A model generated the notes under the pieces. The model was not told the origin of the DNA and searched no databases. It saw only the letters and a program-made list of their open reading frames with translations. A DNA stretch of 63,579 bases, the filler included, from Perkinsus chesapeaki ATCC PRA-425 (taxonomy: Eukaryota; Protista; Perkinsozoa): the NCBI GenBank assembly GCA_013115145.1. It is 6 parts of 6 records of this genome, joined end to end, with 100 filler letters (N's around TTAATTAATTAA, not from the genome) between each part and the next. Parts side by side here need not be neighbours in the genome. Positions count along the whole stretch, not along the records: positions 27,303 to 57,505 come from JAAPAO010000440.1; positions 57,606 to 58,731 come from JAAPAO010002180.1; 4 more parts are not named here. One strand, 5' to 3'. Position 1 is the first letter of the stretch; every line of letters starts with the position of its first letter. Positions 45,450-57,810 of the stretch are shown piece by piece. The translations under genes and the position numbers were made by a program.

Positions 45450-48200
45450 AATTTGTGTTACATATAGGATGATCCGGCTCTCTCTCCAGGGTCTCCCGAA
45501 GAGTACAATATCTCCCATATAGCGACAGCTATCAACTATCCAGCGGTGCTGTTGGCCAGGGACCGGGTTCTACCAGAGATGGCAAAATTCCGGACATCTC
45601 GGGGATTGGGAAGCACTGCAGGTAGTCAGCTTGATGGTTTGAGACTTACCGTTGATTGAAGATAATGGGAAGCTGACAAGTGGTAGCGAAGGTCGGGTGA
45701 TGGCTGTATACGACTCGGATGATAGGACGGCGAAGGCAACTGCAACAACTATGGTAGCACTGCCAACAGAGTCATCGAGGAACGTTAGGCTCCCTCATAT
45801 TTGACCATTCTTTTTGTCTTGGGAGAACCTTCTATAAAAGCTTCTGCCTTATCTCCGAAGTTAGCAACAGTTTTTGGCACTAGTGGAACGCATTTCCGTG
45901 GTGCCAGATGAATCCCTGGCAATACCATGCCGAAGGTTTCCTTATATGCCAACTGCCCCTAGGTACAGAAGGGATGGGATGATGTATACTTGCTTAGTGG
46001 AGGATTTAAGGAGTTCTCAAAGGGATATCCGGAGCTCATCGACGGTGACATTGAATCGGTATTGAGGTCTAATGCCGGGCGTTCATAGTGCAAGGAGCAT
46101 GACCGAAGCGAAATGCAGGCTTCTATGCCCTATCACGTGTCGAGTTAGTGATAGGGTTAATGAATGGGTGAAATGGCCAGGTTAACTTAGTATCATTTTT
46201 GGTTATGCTTCATCCAGCTCGGCGATGCCTAGCCAGAGCGGGCAGTACTTCCAAGAAGATGCGGGTGCCAAGGATGCATCAAGGAGAGGGACGCAAGGGA
46301 TACGTTCGTAATATTCAATACTATGCTTGGCAATTCTACGCTGTAGAGTATTATTTTAAATACTGTATCTGTATTCAGTAGTATACTACCGACTTATACG
46401 CATTACTGTTTATTACTACTTTCTAATTACTGAGTTAGTAATTGGTAGACAGTAATACTGACTAGTGTGCATGCTGGCTCAACGCATAATAGTAAACTTC
46501 GTAATGCAATATAGTAATAGGCGTCATCACTGGAATATATAGAAAGGGTCGGGTATGTGTGTTGCCCGATAAAACGGTAATTTGGTGACAAAAGATTTGT
46601 CGACGCTCCTTTTCGAGTAGCCGAAAGAACCATGGAAGTTCGCATTGGAGGGGACTTCACAGGTTGATTTAGACCTAGACGAGTGAGACGGGATACTGCA
46701 TCTTAGCACTGAGAAGGCAAGGGTTCAAGGCCTCGGAGAAGATTGCGGTTCGAATGGATGTGGGAGTTCTTAGTGGGGATATATCTCATATATTTCAATG
46801 GGCTAGAAATATTAGACGCACTGGGAACGTTTTGCGTTCCTCGATGACTCACCTGGGTGTTTTCATTTGATAGTCGTTAATCCCGAGATGGACGCTAAGT
46901 CGAGTATGTCCGAGCACGGCGACCCCACAGTTCGGCCTACCTTCCTGGATGACTCGAAGGCAGTTGTCAAGGAATGGATGGATAATCGTCATCCGAAGGA
47001 ACTGGTAATAGCGGTGGGCGTGATGGCGGTAGTGAGGGGTCTGCTGGTAGGGTGGGTTTAAGACGACGTGGAGACCAGGGGGCGACCCTGATGATCCGAG
47101 CAGTTCGGTACCACACAAATTTAGAATCAATTATGACTTCACGGACTCCACTTTGGGATCTCAGCTCTGGGTAAGCCACGCAGTTTGGCTTGTCGGTAAT
47201 TTGTGGCGCGCGGTTTTAGGAGGACAATGTTGCGCTGGGAGATATGCCTTATACGTATTTCGTCGGGAATCGGTAGGTCATTGAACAACTTGCTGGTGCA
47301 CTTCTCCGGGTTGCAGATTTCCTACTCTTTCAACAGCCGAGAACTATCGATACTGGAAGGACCGTGGGATTGATAGGCTCATGCCCAGAGTGTTCCCAAT
47401 TAAGCTACCCGAATGGCGGAAACTGGACCCGAGGTTTAGGTGAGGCGCTTGTGGAATTCGGCCAGGACACAGCAGAGGGCTCAGTGACTTGAGTTCTGGG
47501 GTCACTAGTGTAGCTAAAGTGAGATTCTAACAACTTGCACATTCCTGCAGTAAATGCGGTACAGTGCTCGATCTCGAGGCTGTTATTCAGTTATTGAAAC
47601 TGCTCCTCTAAACTATTGGCTTCTCTTTTAGGGAATATCTTTTCTTTCTACATTCCTTGGATCCTGCGAGGTTCACTATTAGCCGAATCTCTGAGAGGTA
47701 GGACTGCCGGGTGGGCAAGGCATGGTGGGTAAGTGTGGAGAAAGGTACGGCCTTCGGGAGAGAGATGTCCGAGTTGCCATCAAGAGATATGCTGCGGGCT
47801 ACTACCTTTGCCGGACTGGTTTGACGAAATTGAAAGACAAACAAGGAGATAGGAGTGAGAAAATTGAAATGGCGAAGGAGATGGCGTAAAAAGGGTAGAG
47901 GGAGAGATCCGTTATTATTACGCAGGTTCGCCAAACATGTCGGATATGATGTTGTCGGACAGCAGGGACATGACCCGGAGTCGGACGATGAATTCGAGGG
48001 TTGGAGGAGTTTGAAGGATTGGGTTCGTCAGCAGTCAGTGGAGGTTGGTTGACCGTAGTCGCTGTGTATGCAACGTGTGATCTATTGAAGGTTGAGAGCA
48101 TGTCGGCGTTCCCGATGCCGGCCAAGAGGGAGCCAATGCCAAAGAGAGTCGATATCGATATGGTTGTCCACAATGACAGTGAATGTCAAATAATAAATTG
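45450..48200 (-). mobile_element. Highly degenerate LTR-retrotransposon-like remnants
   Basis: Stop-ridden frames containing DIVLFGRPW (retropepsin-like) and GNADMLS (RNase H end-like); no intact ORF. Confidence 0.25.
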
Positions 48201-48570
48201 GATAGATCCTCATGATAAGGTTACGTTCTAGGAAGATCGGTTTCTGGTGATATCTCGCGTTTCATGATTATCAATAACTGTCTTTGTGTTGGTCAACTGA
48301 TGCTCGCGATTGGGGGTGTGCTGAGGGTTTTGGTATTTGCGCTCTGCGAGTTTTCGGTCTTACACTGGGGAGATTCTCCGTGGAATTTTCTCGTAGACTG
48401 AATTCATTGTCGACTCCTCCGAGAAAACACCGAAATTCATTCACTCCGAGTCGCAGTGAATGAGTTTTTGAGGCTCAAAGTGGACGGGTTTTTGGATATG
48501 GCAGTCAAGCTGTGCGAAGAGAAGTCGCTTGTCAGGAGCGTTGTGAATGTGTAGGGCTGGCTTGAAGCAG

Positions 48571-48860
48571 AATGGGAGCTACTGAAGGGCGAACAACCAT
48601 GACTATCTTCAAGAGTTGGGCAATCTATTGGCAAATGTTGCACCACAAGCAGGTGAGGAAAGTGGCTGGCTATGAAAGTCTGAATGGTTTTGGCGAATTA
48701 TTTTTTTAGGAGGGGACGGTGTACTGCTAGCCTTCAGCAGCTATGCCCAGCTTAGAACAGCGATTGACTATTGGGCATCCCATGATATAACGAATCGATT
48801 GCAGCAGAGGGGGCTGAGGATATTCGAAGAACCGATGATGATGCAGTAGGTTATCGAATA
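48571..48860 (+). pseudogene. Partial duplicate of RTEL1 exons and intron (copy of 52813-53100)
   Basis: Near-identical to the helicase segment [18 protein letters not shown] / intron / GDGVL..SSYAQLR..IFEEP, with a 2-nt insertion and no upstream exons. Confidence 0.88.
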
Positions 48861-48942
48861 TGTCAGCTGTGGGGTTCGAACCCACGCGGATCTCTCCACC
48901 AGAACTTGAGTCTGGCGCCTTAGACCACTCGGCCAAACTGAC
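48861..48942 (-). tRNA. tRNA-Leu(CAA) copy 1
   Basis: GTCAGTTTGGCCGAGTGGTCTAAGGCGCCAGACTCAAGTTCTGGTGGAGAGATCCGCGTGGGTTCGAACCCCACAGCTGACA; long variable arm. Confidence 0.95.
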
Positions 48943-50208
48943 TTGCATGTTAGGCTCCCTCACCCTGGCGGTCGCGGGATTAGCCAGGCCGGTACAGCTG
49001 GTCGACTAGTGCAATGGCGCCATACGATGCGCGGCTAGCCTTCAGCCATATCCTATTGCAATCTCATTAGTATTTCACGAGCAGTCACTTGTTGCAAATC
49101 GCGGCATTGAATGCTGAGCCTCGATGGGGAAAGTAGATATCTTTTGCAGATTCTCTCAAACTCTGGTTCTTCCGTATGCTTCCAAAGTCGTGCATAGGAG
49201 TTCGATCATAGAACTTCAGAAGTTCAACTTCTATGATAGAACTGAACGGGAAGGGGGAAGTTCGTCACGATACACCCCATGGGCTTACCGCACACACCTG
49301 CCAACAAATGGCGGCAGGTAGAAGTTCCTGCACGCTGACTGTTTTAGCAATTGGTGGGTGATTGATTGTTACAGACTGGTCAAAAAAATTGTCCAGCGCA
49401 AACTTCACCAACTCCGGGAGGTTCAAGCACTAATCGAAAGTGCATGCCATCCTGATTACAACGGTGCCTTGGATGATGTCAGATTCGATCAAGTTGCGGA
49501 GAAATGCGAGATTAAGGTTCGATAATTTATGTTGGGCCGCCAGAAATTTTCTAAAATTATAATCTCTCAGGGGATAGGGCCCGTGCGCAGGTGAATCGTA
49601 TACCACTGGAAAGGGCTACAAATTTCTGATCCAATGCTACCGTTTTCATCCTCAGACTCGGGTACATCATATTCAGATCGGCGCTGGACAATTTTTTTGA
49701 CCAGACTGTATGTAACTGTCAGCTCAAAATGCTCTGGTTTGCCCAGAGCTTTCGCTCGGCAACAGACGGACCCGAGCACCGACGGACGTGGAAATGGGTC
49801 TTTTCTCCGGGTTTAGTCCTTTAAAAGGACTACACTGGTATTTAACTGGGTGTCGCCCTCCACCCAATCGACAACGGTTTCTGAGGGAGAGAAAACCGTT
49901 TCTCGGTACTCTGAGTACTACACAGTCTTCTAGATAGCTTTCATTTCAAGCTCATTCAGATTGTACTGTAGAGTTATCGAGCAACGGTACTTGTATACAG
50001 ATCGACCCTGTGGGAAGAGTGTCGAGTGCTGTAAAGCCGCTAGCTCCTCTACTACCTCTCCTCTGCTGAGTGAGACACTTTCTTGAATTCATTGTGTTAA
50101 CCTCTAGCTCTCCTCTTGTGTATTCCCTATCGCATGGGTTGGCAGATTACTTGGTCTTGAGAGTTGCTAAGGCTCATGTACGTACCTTAGCGGTTGGTCA
50201 TTCTTTTC

Positions 50209-53200
50209 ATGTCCTCGTCATCGTCATCCACTACAGCAGCGGACGGGGTACAAGTCTACGATATTAGGGGAGTCCCTGTTGAATTCCCGTATGAGGCCTA
50301 CCCTCCGCAGTTAAGTTACATGAATAAGGTGATCATCCTATATCAATTGGCTAACACTTGAAGCAGTCGAGCAGGTCATCGAGACTCTTCAAGCTGCTAG
50401 CTCGAGAGCTCCCAGCGCCGGTGTGCCCACACCTCATAATGCACTCCTGGAATCACCAACTGGCACAGGCAAGTCTCCGCTTGATCACTAAATAATGCTG
50501 AGGTCGCATTTGCACTTATTCGGCATTCAGGGAAAACGTTGTGCCTTCTTTGCGCGACACTAGCGTGGCGGCGGGCGATTGCGAATGGCTCCGCGGCTCC
50601 AGCGGTGTCGACCGTCGCCCTGCCCCACACTGAGAATTCCGAGTCGCTGATGATGCCAGAGGGTATCTCACGTAACTTTAATGTTGGTAATCCTCCAGTC
50701 ATGGGCGATCTCATATTGCCGGGCGTGTCAGGGCTCACCGGACAGTCTTGGCGGTCTAAACGAGACATAGTAGAACAACATCAACAGGAGTCCCAGAGAT
50801 CTCGACGATCCCCATCTCCGCCCGCTCGAACAAAACTTGCCACTGCTGCCCCGAAAATTATATATTCCTCAAGAACGCACAGCCAGCTTCGGCAAGTAAG
50901 AACCCTCCTTAAACACACCCAAAATGGGTACGTGTTGACCTTCTGTATGAGTCGTTGCTCCAACTGGAGAACCTAACTTGGTAGGTTATGAGAGAGCTGA
51001 GAGGAACAAGCTATGCACAAGATTGCCAGCATATCACGCTTGCTTCCAGAGATCATTACTGCGTACACAGCAAGATCAATGCAATTCCAGGGAGTCGCAA
51101 GACAGCTGCGTGTACGAGGTAGGCATCAGTAGTAATTCAGGGCAGATGTTCTATCTCAGCCTTATATTGAAGAATGCTTGTCCATTTTATAATCGTATTT
51201 GGAAGATGAATGAAACACCATCGATGATACCTCCGCCGGCCCTCGATGTGGAGGAGTTGCGATCTCATGGCATAGGCAAAGGTTCGCAAAGCCTCCACCA
51301 TCTCTCAGGATTATTGTCTTCCATTTCCCTAGGGTACTGTCCTTTCTATTATGCCCGTAAAGTGGCTCGAGAGGGAACAAATGTTGGATGCGTTCTTGTC
51401 CCATATAATTATCTCTTCGACTTGGCAGCCCTTAGGGGAGCTCTTGGACCGCAGGCTCTGGAGGGTGAGCCCTTGTCTCGGGTCGTTGGGGTCTTTACTC
51501 TATAGCCCAGGTGCAGTTGTCATTGTGGATGAGGGCCATAATATTGAGACTGTCTGTGAAGAGTCGGCTAGTTTCGAGTTTGGTAACTTTGACATATTCT
51601 CAGCATTGGAGGAAGTTGATGAGGTACGCTTCGATCCTCACGAAATGCCTCTCGCTTCGACTCGTCCTAGCCTGGATCTCTCAGGCACTTTATCGTTGCA
51701 AGCACGTTTCTCAAGTTCTCGGATTGAACGTCGAGCAGCCGTCCTCTCCTGACGGCTTGTCTTCGTCAACTACCCCGGTCACAGAAGAAGACCTACTCAG
51801 GCTCAAACAGGTTGGCCATCACCTTGCTGCCATTGAGTAGATATGTCGCTCAGGACCTGACTGACATTGAAGCGACCCTAACATCGTCAGATATAATTAC
51901 GGCAACCGAAGGTGGAGCGGCCCTAGAGTTTTTTGAGAAGTCAGGTATAACAGAGAAGACTATGCCGAGAATTCGCTTGGCTGTCGAAGGGGTAACGCTT
52001 CCACTGTTGGCATTCCCATTGGAGGCGACTCTCAGGCGATTTCCCTCTTCCACACCACTGCGCCGGAAGTTGATGTCGGCGGTCATGCGAACAACAACAC
52101 TCTAGGTGGTGGAGGAGGAGCGCAGCAGCTGTATGGAAGCGTGTTGTCTTCATTAGGTGCGGCTACATCAGGAGCATTCTTGGAGAGCTTCCAGCGAGTT
52201 CTGGATTTAGTTTTCGAAAGTGGAGCGGGGCACAAGGACCTCTTGGATAAGGTCAAACATCTTCCGTATCGGTGAACTCGTAAGGAATCTTGCTGCGTAG
52301 GTTTTCCGTTTTTCTATAACCGAAGGCCGTGACATGAGAGCCGTCAAATGCCGAGAGGAAAACATACGTCAACAGGCTGATCATATGAAATGCGTCCACT
52401 TGAGGTATTCAATCGTCTGTTGAACTGCCGAAATCGTCGGTAACAGACTCTGTTCTCCAGAATTGAAAATATATGCGAATTGCTATTGCACGACAGTGTG
52501 TTGAGTGTACACTTCAGATAACATTTCAGATGCTTCTCGGGAGGAGTAGCAGCCCGGCGGCTGTTGGCGAGTGAAGGAATCCTCTCCCTTATTATCACTA
52601 GCGGTACACTATCTCCTCTGGCTGAGTTCAAGAGGGGTCTCCGTGGAGTAGAGTTTCCTATCATGCTTGAGAACGATCATATCATAAGTGCGTACAAGTT
52701 GTGCAGGCAACTCGCCGTCACTCGCTCAGGCCATCCCACAGAAGTTGCAGAGAAGTCGGTAACACAGGTCTGGGGAGGGATCGTTTGCGCTGGCCCGACT
52801 AATGTGAGACTAAATGGGAGCTATCGGACGAGGAACAACCACGACTATCTTCAAGAGTTGGGCAATCTATTGGCAAATGTTGCACCAAAAGCAGGTGAGG
52901 AAAGTGGCTGGCTATGAAAGTCTGAATGGTTTTGGCGAATTATCTTTTTAGGAGGGGACGGTGTACTAGTAGCCTTCAGCAGCTATGCCCAGCTTAGAAC
53001 AGCTATTGACTATTGGGCATCCCATGATATAACGAATCGATTGCAGCAGAGGGGGCTGAGGATATTCGAAGAACCGAATGATGCAGTAGGTCATCAAATA
53101 TGTCAGCTGTGGGGTTCGAACCCACGCGGATCTCTCCACCAGAACTTGAGTCTGGCGCCTTAGACCACTCGGCCAAACTGACTGACGATATTTGCAAGCT

Positions 53201-54739
53201 TTTCATCGCTTCGCAAAGTTTCGACACATGTTTTGCAACTCACTGAGCCAACTGTGAAGGAACTATTCGAAAGCTCCACGCGGGAAAGTCAATTGAAGTA
53301 TGATCGTCGATTTTCGAAAGGCGTAGTCGGCGTCCGATCTAGTTCTTGGGAATTTAAAGTGTGAACTTGTTTGACAGTCCACCGAGCATGCCCATTAACC
53401 ACAGACATTCGGGCGGTGCTCCTAATATGTCAGCTGTGGGGTTCGAACCCACGCGGATCTCTCCACCAGAACTTGAGTCTGGCGCCTTAGACCACTCGGC
53501 CAAACTGACTGATGGTCATGCAAGGTCATCTACTTGTTATTTCAGACTCGCCTGAGGCCTGTCCTTGCCGAGTATACTGCGGCTATCGCTTCCGATTCCT
53601 GCACAGGAGCTATACTCTGCGCCGTTTGCCGCGGTAAGATCTGCGAAGGCGTTGATCTCACAGACCGTCAGTGCCGAATAGTCATAATTGTCGGGGTAAT
53701 GACACTATGATCTCCCAAGTGATCCCTAGTGGACTCTTTCCGAAAGATACCATACCCAATGTATAAAGATGACAAGGTTCAGTTAAAGATGCAGTTTTTG
53801 GATACGGCAAGGGACATCGAGGATCTAGATAAAAGTTGGCCTGTTCCGGTCCACAGAGCAAACCGTTGCCAACTCAGATGTCACTGCTGGCCTTGGCCGT
53901 GCGTGGTATAGCCTTGAGGCGATGCGTGCAGTGAATCAAGCCGTAGGACGTATTATCCGGCACAAAAATGACTTTGGTGCGGTTCTGCTCTGTGATGAAA
54001 GGTTAGCTCGGGTTTCCGTCTCGCTGCGGAACTTTCAATGATCCTCAGATTTGAGGGTGAGGGTAATAGGCTCCCTGCGTGGCTTCGGCCACACGTAAAG
54101 CTCTATAAGACGTTCGGGCCTGCAATAGGGTCCCTTACGCAGTTCTTCAATCAAATCCCAGATTCTCTTTCCTCATCAGCTCGACTTTGCAAAGATGCTT
54201 ACCTCGAGGCAGCTATAAATAGCGAAAAGGAAGCTACGAAGTCCAGCAAGCTTATAAAGCGGATTGGAGTTGGTGCATCAGCTGCCACGGCAAGCTCTTC
54301 TGCTACTGGAAGAGATACCCGTGGGGAGAATCTAAACTCCCTAGCGAACCAGATGTTGAAGCAAGTGGCCGACTCGACTGCTGAAAAGAATACAAAATCT
54401 AAAAATGGTGAATTCATTGCCCTTCTGAACCGCACATTGTCTAAGGAAGACAGTAAGGTTATTACCGAATGCACTAAGCTGATAGTAACCGGTGGACAGT
54501 CCCTCCCAGATGAGCAGTTGCGAGACACCCTGAGGAGAGTTTATCAGATTCTTTGGGGCAGTGGCTCCGAATCTAATCGAGAACTGGTGCGACGTTTCTA
54601 TGAGATGGTTAGACGAGTTAAGAAGAATCCTAGAGTACCAATATTATGGCAAGAGGTTATGGAGGAATTTGTTGATGAGAAACCAGCAGCGAAAAGGTTT
54701 AAGATTGATCAAACTCAAATTCAAAAAAGTCAGATTTGA
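50209..54739 (+). CDS. RTEL1: RTEL1-like Fe-S (XPD family) DNA helicase, multi-exon
   Basis: [53 protein letters not shown] cysteines, [76 protein letters not shown], and a helical C-terminal domain. Confidence 0.9.
53101..53182 (-). tRNA. tRNA-Leu(CAA) copy 2, antisense in RTEL1 intron 53086-53545
   Basis: Identical to copy 1. Confidence 0.95.
53428..53509 (-). tRNA. tRNA-Leu(CAA) copy 3, antisense in the same intron
   Basis: Identical to copy 1. Confidence 0.95.
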
Positions 54740-54911
54740 ACACTTTCATGAAAGCTTCAGTAGAAGAGTTTCCTTTGTAAGTATTCATTGAGTTCAGAGT
54801 GGTTAGCTAGTGATAAGCAAAGCTGAAATAGGCGGCATGATCGCTTTTGGGAAATGCTTTGGCGATGATCAACTGAGCGAAACTAATACATCTACAGGAG
54901 ATGATGGCATA

Positions 54912-54993
54912 TGTCAGCTGTGAGGTTCGAACTCACGCGGATCTCTCCACCAGAACTTATATCTGGCGCCTTAGACCACTCGGCCAAACTTAC
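54912..54993 (-). tRNA. Variant tRNA-Leu with TAA anticodon, probably non-functional
   Basis: Anticodon loop TATAAGT (A at position 33), acceptor mismatch (C3>A), and a compensatory T-stem change GTGAG/CTCAC. Confidence 0.65.
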
Positions 54994-55238
54994 TGACGAT
55001 ATTGAAAAACCTTTTTATCGTTTCGCAAAGTTTCGGCACATTTTTTGCAAGTCACTGAGCCAACTGTGAAGGAACTATTCGAAAGCTCCACGCGGGAAAG
55101 TCAATTGAAGTATGATCGTCGATTTTCGAAAGGCGTAGTCGGCGTCCGATCTAGTCCTTGGGAATTTAAAGTGTGATCTTGTATGACAGTCCACCGAGCA
55201 TGCCTATTAACCACAGACATTCGGGCGTGCTCCTAATA

Positions 55239-55320
55239 TGTCAGCTGTGGGGTTCGAACCCACGCGGATCTCTCCACCAGAACTTGAGTCTGGCGCCTTA
55301 GACCACTCGGCCAAACTGAC
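55239..55320 (-). tRNA. tRNA-Leu(CAA) copy 5
   Basis: Identical to copy 1. Confidence 0.95.
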
Positions 55321-55932
55321 TTTCGATTTGTTGGAGCAAGCCTGATCGAGTTGGGCAAGACTTGGCCGGCAAGTATCCGGTGAAGGAGAAAGACTGCTCT
55401 TTCAGCTGTGCTATCACTTTCTTAATGAGTTACAGTTACAAATCAATCATTCAACCAGTTCTTGTAGGCTTTAGCCCTTCTCCTTAATCGAGGCCGATAC
55501 GGATTCAATCGTTGAACCCTCGTCTCCGTGCACAAGACATACATAGTGCATGGGATATCTAATCATCTACTTTATCTAGAGTGTGCAACCGATGTGAAGA
55601 TTGAAGCTGGGCGTGGAGCCGTGGACGATGTTGTTGATCGGTGACAGAAAGTACCACAGTATCCGAGACTATTGTCGAGTCAGAGAATGAGTCGAAGATG
55701 AATGAACATGCCACGAAGTCTTTGTGCCAAAGAGTTTTCCGCCCGTCGAGTGGGAATCTTGGACTTGGATATTAGTTCAGAGTGTGCGGGCATACTGGGC
55801 AAGTGGCGCAGTTTGTGAGTCTTGTCATCAGAAGACAACCTCTGCTACGTCACGCTGTCACGATTGCATGGTGTGCCCGCGTGCCACGGCCTTCGACATG
55901 GAGTACTCATATATCGCCATTCAGTTAACCTT

Positions 55933-56769
55933 ATGATTAGCCTGTCGGCCATCCTCTTTTTGTGGGGTCCTATTACCTCGGCTGTCGTTAAGCGCCATTT
56001 GAAGGAGGTGGGTAACCCGCCGTATGCATCCCCCGAGCATTTTCAAACCCATGGGGATTCGGTGGAATACGTTCTATCAGAGGGTGGAGTAGATAGGGTA
56101 ACTCTCGGTGCAAGCGGTGACTTTTCTGTTCCGGAGGGTTGCTCGACGAGTCAGAATAAGACGGGTATGACGTTTTGCTTCTACGGCAGCATTCAGACGA
56201 AGGGTGGGCAGACGACGGTTGATGCTCGTCTAAACTTGACCGATATTATCGATCCCAATAACTCAACGATGATTGGCCTCACTGCCACCTACGATGGGGT
56301 CAGGTATGTAAGCTTGCATGGTCATTTCGGTGGATGCGCGAAGGTTATACAGTACGGTGATCCATCGAGTCTATCGGTTGGGCTTTCAATCTGTACGGAC
56401 GAAGAGCCCCCACCTCCGTCGAAGGCGTTTGGGAACGGCTTTCTGGCTGTCCTCTATAATGCGAAACTCTTCCTAGACTTCAGTGCCTTATCTAAGCAGC
56501 TTATTCACAGCGACTTCATCTCTCCTTCGTCCTATGTTTACAGTAACGATGGACCTGTAGCAGGATCACACATGAGAACTAAAATGGAACGTTCTGTCGC
56601 ATACGTGTCGACTGGGACGGCTTTGGCCTATTTATCATTCAAGAATACGGACGATACCTTCAAGGAATGGTCGTTGTTAGGCGGGGTGAGAGTTTCTGGC
56701 TCAGTATTTAGTCAAGAGGTGGCAAATAGAACCTTCATTTTCCTCAACAAAACCATCATATTGGAGTAG
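55933..56769 (+). CDS. Hypothetical secreted beta-rich protein, intronless
   Basis: ATG at 55933 gives signal-like MISLSAILFLWGPITSA; four Cys; the frame is open to TAG at 56769. Confidence 0.62.
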   Translation: MISLSAILFLWGPITSAVVKRHLKEVGNPPYASPEHFQTHGDSVEYVLSEGGVDRVTLGASGDFSVPEGCSTSQNKTGMTFCFYGSIQTKGGQTTVDARLNLTDIIDPNNSTMIGLTATYDGVRYVSLHGHFGGCAKVIQYGDPSSLSVGLSICTDEEPPPPSKAFGNGFLAVLYNAKLFLDFSALSKQLIHSDFISPSSYVYSNDGPVAGSHMRTKMERSVAYVSTGTALAYLSFKNTDDTFKEWSLLGGVRVSGSVFSQEVANRTFIFLNKTIILE

Positions 56770-57605
56770 ATCCTTAACACATTGTCACTCAACGTGATGT
56801 GACAGATAGAGCCTTTTTGATACTATTATCTGTGCTCGCCCTGGAGGAGCCCATTTCTTAGCAATACCAACATAGTATCCATTATATGCTCTGGGAGCAC
56901 TCTTAAAACCACAACATCAGTTGTTGGTCTACAGCATTTTGATAAGCCAGCTTACCTGTTGAGTAACTAGTGTCGAAGAATAAGGTTGTGAGACAACCGT
57001 TGTCTAAACAACGACGTAAACTTTCAAGGCATGAAATGTACGATTCATCTGAGACCGTACAGAATCTTCGGGATAGAAACTGGCGCGCTTTAACGCATCA
57101 AGTTACGGAGCTGAGGATTAGGTTAGGTTGCTTGCCAGCAACCTAAGGGTCAATCGATCAAAATAGCACGCGGGACGTATGAAAAGCGTTTCATTGAATA
57201 AAAGTACCACGATGCGGCATCGTCGATGCCTATCCCTTGGGTTCCCCTCATAGGTCCATTCGCGTAAACGCCGGTTGCGGAGCCCACCGTTCTAGCAACG
57301 AGTGACTAGAGTCTGTTTATTCTCTTCATTATATGCCAAGGAGACTCGTGTTCTGCCGGTGTGGTGTGTGATAAGAATAACTCGGGACCACTGTGGCAAA
57401 CGGTATATGGCACAGAGTTTGTGACAAAATCCTGGACGGCTCGGTTCTGCTCGGAGCTTTGGGGTGTTTGAGTCTGCCCGGGTTCACAGAGCCCGTGGCC
57501 CGGACNNNNNNNNNNNNNNNNNNNNNNNNNNNNNNNNNNNNNNNNNNNNTTAATTAATTAANNNNNNNNNNNNNNNNNNNNNNNNNNNNNNNNNNNNNNN
57601 NNNNN

Positions 57606-57810
57606 TGGTATATTATACGGCATAGTCATCTGTTTGGTATATTATACGGTATAGTCCTCTGTTTGGTATATTATACGGCATAGTCATCTGTTTGGTATAT
57701 TATACGGCATAGTCATCTGTTTGGTATATTATACGGTATAGTCCTCTGTTTGGTATATTATACGGTATAGTCATCTGTTTGTTGTATATTATACGGTATA
57801 GTCCTCTGTT
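57606..57810. repeat. 29-bp minisatellite, about 7 copies, starts at gap
   Basis: TGGTATATTATACGG(C/T)ATAGTC(A/C)TCTGTT units. Confidence 0.96.
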
